Shown here: piece by piece, positions 49,864 to 56,531 of the stretch | Layout of the letters: every line of letters begins with the position of its first letter | Position numbering within the stretch: the stretch's first letter is position 1 | Assembly (NCBI GenBank): GCA_030018935.1 | Contig: JASEGZ010000006.1 | Coordinates: 2,579-66,578, forward strand | Length of the DNA: 64,000 nucleotides | Direction of reading: 5' to 3' | Source of the DNA: Syntrophales bacterium | GTDB taxonomy: Bacteria; Desulfobacterota; Syntrophia; Syntrophales; CG2-30-49-12 | Notes under the pieces: generated by a model | Seen by the model: the letters and a program-made list of their open reading frames with translations, nothing else | Told to the model about the DNA's origin: nothing | Databases searched by the model: none | Position numbers and translations under genes: made by a program

Positions 49864-50522
49864 AGATATTTTTATGTTTATTCGCTTTTTCTATCTTGCT
49901 TGTCGGGTGCGGAGCAAAGCCTGTCCCTAACTGGAAAAATGTGAGCTTCCATCAACTGGAAAGTTATAAAAAGAGCTATTTAATCGGCAAGGTGAGGATC
50001 GCCGAACTCCACTTCTCTAAAGCCATAGAAGAGATAAAGAAAAGCGGCGATCTGAACATCCTGGCCATGGCTTACCTGACAAAATACGCCGTAAACGTCG
50101 CTGTCCTTGAGGATTTCGATGATCGTGATTATTTACAGATAGACTCTGTGCAACATGATCCTAAGAACAAGAACTTTTACAACTTTTTAAAAGGTGTCTT
50201 TGATCAGGTTGATGAAAGGTTGCTTCCCGGGGAGTACAGGAATTTCCTCAAGACTCTCAGGCATGGGAGGGAGGGTGCAATGGAACAGGAAATTGCCAAC
50301 ATAGAGGATCCCCTCTCGAAACTCATTGCCACCGGTTTGCTTGTGCGACATCACAGGTGCCCTGAGATGATTTTGCAGGTCGCTGCCGATACGGCTTCAG
50401 CGAACGGGTGGAAGAAGGCCCTCGTGGCCTATCTCGAAAAGCTTCAGTCCATCTACGAAGCAAAAAAAGAGATGGAAAAAGCAGCCAATGTTCAAAAGAG
50501 GCTCCAGCTTATAAAGAATTAA
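49860..50522 (+). CDS. lipoprotein of unknown function, last gene of the Mla-like operon
   Basis: Lipobox LLVGC. The start overlaps the mlaD stop (ATGA). Confidence 0.6.
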   Translation: MKIFLCLFAFSILLVGCGAKPVPNWKNVSFHQLESYKKSYLIGKVRIAELHFSKAIEEIKKSGDLNILAMAYLTKYAVNVAVLEDFDDRDYLQIDSVQHDPKNKNFYNFLKGVFDQVDERLLPGEYRNFLKTLRHGREGAMEQEIANIEDPLSKLIATGLLVRHHRCPEMILQVAADTASANGWKKALVAYLEKLQSIYEAKKEMEKAANVQKRLQLIKN

Positions 50523-50661
50523 ACGCCGTATGATTTATTGCTTGAAAATTCAGAAAAAGCAGGAGTAATTTTAATAGTTTTATTTCGTCTGATAGACGGG
50601 TGCAACTATTCTGGGGACAGGCGCTATGGCTAATAACATTTTGGAATTATGGTGAAGGAAA

Positions 50662-50937
50662 ATGAGCATTACGGTAATAATTCCGGGTTCATTGAAAGAC
50701 TGGTTCGGTAGCAGTGATCAGGCTACCTGTGAGGGGAAAACCATGGGGGAGTGCATTGATGATCTTGACAGTAAATTCCCCGGCTTTAGACGCAGAGTGG
50801 TTGATGAAAAAGGGGGGATCAGTAGTTCTGTCATGATCTTCCTTGATGGACAGAACCTCCGATCACTGGACGGGCTGGCCACTCCTGTGAAGGATGGCGA
50901 TGAGGTAAGCATTATTCCTTTTGCGGCAGGGGGGTGA
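50662..50937 (+). CDS. MoaD/ThiS-family ubiquitin-like beta-grasp protein with a C-terminal Gly-Gly
   Basis: 91 aa, ending ...VKDGDEVSIIPFAAGG-stop. RBS gaagga lies upstream of the ATG. Confidence 0.8.
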   Translation: MSITVIIPGSLKDWFGSSDQATCEGKTMGECIDDLDSKFPGFRRRVVDEKGGISSSVMIFLDGQNLRSLDGLATPVKDGDEVSIIPFAAGG

Positions 50938-51469
50938 TAAAAAAAAGATGATTGTAGACAAACCGGAGTCCCATTTTATCTTTGTCTTCCACCCAAAAAT
51001 CTTCGAGGGCAAGAAGTACACGGTATATGAGGGCAAAGAGCTCACCAACGGTGAGGTTCTTCAATACTGGGGGAAGTGGATTGTCCTGGGAGAAAGGCCA
51101 TGGCTTGATGAATTGGCCCGAAAGCTTGACCGGTACGTAGAAGAGGAGGTAATCCCCTGTATCAAATATGATCGCAACCCTTCTGTGAACCTTGGTCTGG
51201 CAGAAGCTGTCATGATGGTGTACTGCGACAGGCGCAAAAGTGAGGAGATCTGGCAGATACTCCGGCAGCATGGGGTAAGGATCAAGGCCTGGGTCTCGGA
51301 ACGGGAGACGATGGAGATGTGGAAACCCGGCGGAGTACTGTTGGAACGGTGGATTGCCTCAATGAATCTCGATGAAGAGGAGGCCAGGGCTACCCGGGAG
51401 GATGCAGGAACAAGCCTGGGTTATATTTTTGATCACCCCGACGAGATCTTTTCCCCTTGGGCACAGTGA
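50921..51469 (+). CDS. uncharacterised 173-182-aa protein translationally coupled to the Ubl gene
   Basis: Clean ORF. The likely start is the ATG at 50948 (MIVDKPES...), 11 nt after the Ubl stop. The motif run GKWIVLGERPWLDELARKL...VMMVYCD...WVSERETMEMW faintly recalls DUF1917/BLES03-like proteins. This resemblance is from memory only and unverified. Confidence 0.6.
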   Translation: MRQGGDKKKMIVDKPESHFIFVFHPKIFEGKKYTVYEGKELTNGEVLQYWGKWIVLGERPWLDELARKLDRYVEEEVIPCIKYDRNPSVNLGLAEAVMMVYCDRRKSEEIWQILRQHGVRIKAWVSERETMEMWKPGGVLLERWIASMNLDEEEARATREDAGTSLGYIFDHPDEIFSPWAQ

Positions 51470-51509
51470 AGATAAACGGTGTGGTATTTGAAATCTTAAG
51501 GGAGGGAAC

Positions 51510-52388
51510 ATGGTTGACTTTGCAAAACAGTTGAAGGTTCCATCACTGGACCCCTACTTTTTTGTCCTCGAGGAGGACAGGATTAACATGGACAGGCTGG
51601 AGAAGCTCTCGGAGAGGCATCCGATTAACATCCTCATAACTGGTAATCAGGGGTGCGGTAAATCCTCTCTAATAAGACAGTTTGCCAGTTATTATCAGAG
51701 ACCTATGGCCATCTTTCAGGTAGGGCTCCTTTTAGAGGCCGGGCAGCTTTTTGGGCAGCAGAGGTTGAAAGATGGTGAAACCTTTTATCAGAGTTTCTTA
51801 TTTCCCAGGGTCATTCGTGTCCCAGGGTGTGTCATCCATCTGGAAGAGATCAACAGGTCTGAGAACCCCCATGCCTTGAATGAGCTCTTTTCGGTACTGT
51901 CAGAGGAGCGAAGCATCTGGATTGATGAGCTTGGCCTTGTTGAGGTAGCTCCCCGGGTGATCTTTTTTGCCACCATGAATGAAGGTGTAGAATTTTCAGG
52001 TACGGATGAACTGGATGCCGCCCTGAAGGACCGGTTTTACCGCATCCGTCTTGAATACCCTCCTGTAAGTATAGAAAAGGAGATCCTTGTCCTTAAAACT
52101 GGCGTTTCCCCGTCTGTGGCGGGTGACATTCTCAACATAGTGAATAAATTGAGAAGCAACAAACAGTCACCTATTGATATCTCTATAAGGCACAGCCTGA
52201 TGATTGCGGAACTTGCCGCCACGGGGGCGCCTTTACGGGAGGCCATTATCTATAGCCTTCAGATATCAATGGATATCCTCGAATCGTTGCTCCTTTCCAT
52301 CCATGTGGAAACGGGTGATACGGAGGTAGAACCCCGTCGTTACGAACGATATGTTCCACCAGGCTATATTCCGTCGCAGGGAGGTTGA
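51510..52388 (+). CDS. MoxR/AAA_5-type AAA+ ATPase (CobS/CbbQ/NorQ/CoxD-like)
   Basis: Walker A GNQGCGKS, Walker B VIHLEEIN, sensor ATMN, LKDRF; RBS ggaggg. Confidence 0.88.
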   Translation: MVDFAKQLKVPSLDPYFFVLEEDRINMDRLEKLSERHPINILITGNQGCGKSSLIRQFASYYQRPMAIFQVGLLLEAGQLFGQQRLKDGETFYQSFLFPRVIRVPGCVIHLEEINRSENPHALNELFSVLSEERSIWIDELGLVEVAPRVIFFATMNEGVEFSGTDELDAALKDRFYRIRLEYPPVSIEKEILVLKTGVSPSVAGDILNIVNKLRSNKQSPIDISIRHSLMIAELAATGAPLREAIIYSLQISMDILESLLLSIHVETGDTEVEPRRYERYVPPGYIPSQGG

Positions 52389-54151
52389 TACCGGTGAATA
52401 TCAAAATTGCCGAGAGTAATAATGCACCAGCCAAGAATTACATAGCTCCAGAAGGCCCTCAAAAGGCGTACTCCAGATACTGGCGGAAGAATTATTCCCG
52501 TCATGAGGCTACTGAGCTGGCTACAGTTCTGACTGCCATGCGCAAGGTAGCCGGTCACATCGGCATTAATGTCAAACCTGTTTTCTGGCGGGGCATGTCC
52601 GCTTCTCCAGATAATTCTATTGTCTTGGAGCCGGCTGAAGTCAGGGGAATGTATCCCGTTCCTTTCCGAAAAATTGACCTTCTGGTGGGGCAGGTTGTCC
52701 GCGAGGCCTTTGGGTGTATTGAATGGGGTGACTGGGTAAAAGACCAGGTCAAACAACGGCGCTCCCCATTACCGGAAGGGCTAAAAGATTATCTGAGTAG
52801 TTTTATCTCTGTCGTGGAAGACCTGTACATCGCTGAACTGGTCCGCCCCACCGTCTGGCACCTTTACCTCTCAAAATATTGGGGATTTCTTATCCGCAAA
52901 AGGGAAAGGGATCCTTCACTCCCGCCAACCGCAGCAAGTCTGGCGAGTATCTGGCGGGGAATGGTGTTCTTTCAAACCTTGCCCGATAATCTTCACCATT
53001 ACTATGACGATCTGATAGAAATCTTGCTGGAATATTCTCAGACCATTAGAGAGCTAAAGGGTCTTTCCACACTGGCCGAGAGGAGAAATAGAAGAGTCGA
53101 GATATACCTTGAGATGTGGGACCGCATTTGCTCGATCATTGAAGAGTGGGAAAAGTTTGTCCCCTCTCCCGATGGGGTGAATATTCAGGATGAGGCCGCC
53201 CCCAAGGTCAAAACGCCCGAGGCCTTGAGAGAAGAAAAGGAAGAGAATCCTGACCGGGATGATAATAAAGAAGAGGAGCCAGCGGGGCTTGATGAGGAAC
53301 TTGCCGCTCAGATCAGTTTCAAGCTGGATGAGGGAGAGTCTGATTTAACCCAGCATATATCGGTGGCTGTTGAGGATCCTCAGGCAAAGGCAATGAATAC
53401 AAGCTTCACCCGGGCAGTTGCCAAATGCAATGTAAGTGCAGATCAATCACAGGTGGAACGTTTAAAGAGAATATTCCAGAGACAGAAGGCCCTGATCAGA
53501 AGAGCGAGAATAAAAGGTATTATAAGGGGCGTGGATATGGGAAAGATAGATGCCCGGAGACTATATCGAGTACCTCTGGATGGTAAGATATTTAAAAGGA
53601 AAGACATTTCAGGTTCTGACTACTCATGGAACATCAGTATTGTAGCAGATGCCTCAGCCTCCATGGCAGGAAGGGGAATAACCGATAGAGCGTGGACGGT
53701 GGCGGAGCAGACCTTTGTCTCCCTTACGGAAGCGGCAAAGGGTTTCTTTAATCGTCTGGAGGTTTTCGGTTATCAGGAACAGACCCGCCAGTGCAATCTC
53801 GTACGGCTATACCAGGGAGGTGAATTATACACCATAATTCCTACAGGCCAGACCCCGACGGGTCAGGCAATCATAGCCGCCGCCATGCTCATGAAAAGGA
53901 ACGATAAAAGAAAGTTGATCATTCATATTACCGATGGGGCTGCAAATTGCGGGCTGAACGTGGTTGATGCCCTGGAGTACTGCCAGAAAAACAGGATCGA
54001 ACTCATAACTATCGGGTGCGGGTGTAATCTCCAGACAAGACAGTTTCTACTGGAACGGTATCCCCGGGGGACGGTTTATCTGATGGATGACATTCGGAAC
54101 TTACCGGAAGGTCTGGAAAATCTTTTTCGGGACAGGCTCTTAAAGAAGTAA
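52385..54151 (+). CDS. CobT/NorD/CoxE-like protein with an acidic linker and a C-terminal VWA (MIDAS) domain
   Basis: Acidic stretch EEKEENPDRDDNKEEEPAGLDEE. MIDAS elements VADASASM ... TPTGQA ... HITDGAAN. It overlaps the AAA+ stop. GTG at 52394 is the better-spaced start behind gggagg. Confidence 0.85.
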   Translation: MIPVNIKIAESNNAPAKNYIAPEGPQKAYSRYWRKNYSRHEATELATVLTAMRKVAGHIGINVKPVFWRGMSASPDNSIVLEPAEVRGMYPVPFRKIDLLVGQVVREAFGCIEWGDWVKDQVKQRRSPLPEGLKDYLSSFISVVEDLYIAELVRPTVWHLYLSKYWGFLIRKRERDPSLPPTAASLASIWRGMVFFQTLPDNLHHYYDDLIEILLEYSQTIRELKGLSTLAERRNRRVEIYLEMWDRICSIIEEWEKFVPSPDGVNIQDEAAPKVKTPEALREEKEENPDRDDNKEEEPAGLDEELAAQISFKLDEGESDLTQHISVAVEDPQAKAMNTSFTRAVAKCNVSADQSQVERLKRIFQRQKALIRRARIKGIIRGVDMGKIDARRLYRVPLDGKIFKRKDISGSDYSWNISIVADASASMAGRGITDRAWTVAEQTFVSLTEAAKGFFNRLEVFGYQEQTRQCNLVRLYQGGELYTIIPTGQTPTGQAIIAAAMLMKRNDKRKLIIHITDGAANCGLNVVDALEYCQKNRIELITIGCGCNLQTRQFLLERYPRGTVYLMDDIRNLPEGLENLFRDRLLKK

Positions 54152-54167
54152 CATTAGCAATCAATAG

Positions 54168-54313
54168 GCGTTCAGCTATCAGCTATCAGCAAAAGCAGAA
54201 AGATACAAGGGGAAGTCCACAACTCCGGGGGCAAGTTTTCCTGCGTAAGTTAAGGCGCAGGCTAAAGCCTGCGGCTACAATTTATTGATTGCTGATCGCT
54301 GATGGCTGAATGC
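54168..54313. repeat. long hairpin with 7-nt-periodic arms (CAGCTAT/GCTGATn) enclosing a GTAG-REP hairpin (54254-54278)
   Basis: gcgttcagctatcagctatcagcaa (54168-54192) pairs with ttgctgatcgctgatggctgaatgc (54289-54313). The inner ggcgcaggctaaagcctgcggctac is identical to 8250-8274. Confidence 0.75.
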
Positions 54314-54337
54314 TTGCATTAAGGTGGTGGTGAGGCC

Positions 54338-54479
54338 ATGGTGATTGGGGAGAGCACCGTTGTTAGTATGCATCTTACCCTGAAGGACCAGAGCGGAAGG
54401 GTGTTGGAGAGTACCATGGGCAGGAATGGAACTTCACTATGAGGTACAGATTCTGGATGTAAGGCCGGATAACCAGTAG
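54338..54479 (+). pseudogene. remnant of an FKBP-type (SlyD/FkpB-like) peptidyl-prolyl isomerase with its middle deleted
   Basis: MVIGESTVVSMHLTLKDQSGRVLEST... matches a SlyD-type N-terminus and stops at 54440. A second frame gives MELHYEVQILDVRPDNQ-stop, a typical FKBP C-terminal strand. About 100 central residues are absent. Confidence 0.55.
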
Positions 54480-54480
54480 T

Positions 54481-55686
54481 TTGTGCTCTACGGAAGACCG
54501 CGAATTTTCACCAGAGGCGATAGGTGATAGCCCCTTGCCTCAAATTTTTACTGACCGAGCAAGCCAGATGGAAGATGAAAGAGGCAATTTTGTAGATATC
54601 ACGCGGGAGAAGTTTTACCGGGCAGTGGCGGAGTGTAAGCCCCTCTTTGCCTGGTTTAGTCTCACCGATGCCTGTAACCTGAACTGCAAGTATTGTTTTA
54701 CCGATGCCAAGTACTATCCTCCGGGTTCCCCAGACCCCCCTCATCATGAATTGAGTACAGAAGAGGTATTTAGTATTATTGATAATATTGCCGAAGCGGG
54801 CACTGAGATAGTGATGTTTGCCGGGGGGGAACCAACCTTGAGGGAAGATCTGGTTGAGATAGTGAGATATGCATCCAGCCGGATACGTGTGGCGATGAAC
54901 AGTAACGGTTATCTTTTAGATGAGCGTCTCTGCCGGGATTTGGCAAGGGCTGGTCTTTCCCAGGTAAAGATTAGCGTGGATGGTATGGAAAAGAATCATG
55001 ACTGGAATAGAGGGGAAGGGTCTTTCCAGAGGACGATGGATGCTCTCAGGAACCTGGTGAAGGTCGGTGTTCCCAAGGTAATATTGATCATGACACTTAC
55101 GAACCTGAATTATGATGAGCTGGGGAAAATGGTAGAGCTCTCCATGAATATGGGGATGGATTTTACCATGGTTGAGTTTCTGCCGTTGGGGAGGGCCTCT
55201 GAGGGAAAAGAATGGACCTTATCAAAGGAGCAGTTGGAAAGGGCACAGCGGTACTTAGTGGAAGCGCAAGACCGGTATGGATGGCAGAAAGTGTCCTTTG
55301 AAAACCGCTATATTGTTGCCGAAGACGAATACTGTAAGAGGATCTGCGCTGATCCGAACGAACCTTGCAATTTTTACGATTTCTGCGTGGGGTGTGTCAG
55401 CGGCATATATAGTTACTCTATAACCGCTTCCGGGAAAGTGACGACGGGAGATATAATGACCCTGGAAGTGGGTGATTTAAAAAAGGAAAAATTAAAGGAT
55501 ATCTGGGAAAATGCGGAATTGCTTAAAGTTATAAGGAACAGGGAAAATCTGAAGGGCAAGTGTGGAAAATGCCAGTACAGATATATCTGCGGGGGGTGCA
55601 GGAGGAGGGCCTATACCTATACAAGCGATCTCATGGCTGCTGACCCAGGCTGCTGGAGAGGCGCAGGTGACAAATCCGAGACCTAA
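54481..55686 (+). CDS. radical SAM enzyme with a SPASM-type C-terminal Fe-S domain
   Basis: CNLNCKYC (CxxxCxxC), GGEPTL, and C-terminal CGKCQYRYICGGCRRRAY plus additional Cys (CVGCVSG). The start is uncertain (TTG 54481 or ATG 54568). Confidence 0.9.
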   Translation: MCSTEDREFSPEAIGDSPLPQIFTDRASQMEDERGNFVDITREKFYRAVAECKPLFAWFSLTDACNLNCKYCFTDAKYYPPGSPDPPHHELSTEEVFSIIDNIAEAGTEIVMFAGGEPTLREDLVEIVRYASSRIRVAMNSNGYLLDERLCRDLARAGLSQVKISVDGMEKNHDWNRGEGSFQRTMDALRNLVKVGVPKVILIMTLTNLNYDELGKMVELSMNMGMDFTMVEFLPLGRASEGKEWTLSKEQLERAQRYLVEAQDRYGWQKVSFENRYIVAEDEYCKRICADPNEPCNFYDFCVGCVSGIYSYSITASGKVTTGDIMTLEVGDLKKEKLKDIWENAELLKVIRNRENLKGKCGKCQYRYICGGCRRRAYTYTSDLMAADPGCWRGAGDKSET

Positions 55687-55695
55687 CAGAAAATG

Positions 55696-55756
55696 AGACT
55701 GAAGACTGAAGACTGTTAGGAGGCTATCAGGCTCCTTCAGCCTTCAGCCTTTAGCC
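55696..55756. repeat. 7-nt-periodic hairpin (GACTGAA / CCTTCAG arms)
   Basis: agactgaagactgaagactgtt-aggaggctatcaggct-ccttcagccttcagcctttagcc. Confidence 0.7.
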
Positions 55757-55771
55757 TAAATACCTAATAAT

Positions 55772-56518
55772 ATGCCTGAAGAGCCGGAAATGATAACCGA
55801 GGAAGAACTGAGGCGGTACAACCGACAGCTTTCCCTCATCGGGAGGGAGGGTCAGGAAAAACTCAAGAGGGCTAAAATTCTGATCGCCGGGGCGGGGGGG
55901 TTGGGCTCACCGATAGCCACATACCTTGCCTTTGCAGGCGTCGGGTGTATTGTAATCGCCGATAATGATACCGTTTCCGTGAGCAACCTCAACAGGCAAA
56001 CCCTACACTGGCCCTCCGACGTGGGCAGAAAAAAAACAGCCTCAGCAGAAGAAAAGATACGGGCCATGAACCCTGATGTGGAGGTAGAGGTGATCTCCTG
56101 CACGATTGGGGAAACAAATGTAGACGAGATTGTGGGGGATGCCGACTTGATCGTTGATGCGCTGGACAATTTTCCCGCCAGATATCTCCTGAACAGTGTT
56201 GCCGTTACACGTCATATCCCCTTTTTTCACGGCGCCGTCAGGGGATTCCACGGCCAGGTCATGACAGTTATACCTCACCAGACGGCCTGCCTTAGATGCG
56301 TCTTTCCCCAGAGTCCTCCCGCGGAAACCTTCCCGATCATCGGGGTGACCCCTGGTGTGATCGGTTCCATCCAGGCGACCGAGGTCATTAAGTACCTTAC
56401 GGGTAAAGGAGAACTGCTGACAAACAGATTGTTGCTCTGGGACGGCCTGTCAGGGGAGATGAATTTCCTCCAAGTGAAGAGAAATCCGTCCTGTCAGGAT
56501 TGTAGTCGGGGAAAGTAA
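55772..56518 (+). CDS. ThiF/MoeB/HesA-family E1-like adenylyltransferase (no rhodanese domain)
   Basis: RYNRQL, Rossmann GAGGLGS, DxD..NLNRQ, two CxxC pairs (CLRC, CQDC). The crossover loop reads TFPIIGV, so it lacks the Cys found in E. coli MoeB (TCVEAGV). Confidence 0.9.
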   Translation: MPEEPEMITEEELRRYNRQLSLIGREGQEKLKRAKILIAGAGGLGSPIATYLAFAGVGCIVIADNDTVSVSNLNRQTLHWPSDVGRKKTASAEEKIRAMNPDVEVEVISCTIGETNVDEIVGDADLIVDALDNFPARYLLNSVAVTRHIPFFHGAVRGFHGQVMTVIPHQTACLRCVFPQSPPAETFPIIGVTPGVIGSIQATEVIKYLTGKGELLTNRLLLWDGLSGEMNFLQVKRNPSCQDCSRGK

Positions 56519-56531
56519 AAGTGGATTATCT

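Noticed and set aside
50523-50661. Moco or other riboswitch upstream of the MoaD-like gene
   Set aside because: Only a small hairpin (cgtc-tgata-gacg) and a possible TTGAAA-18-TAATTT promoter are visible. None of the conserved Moco-motif elements that I remember are present.
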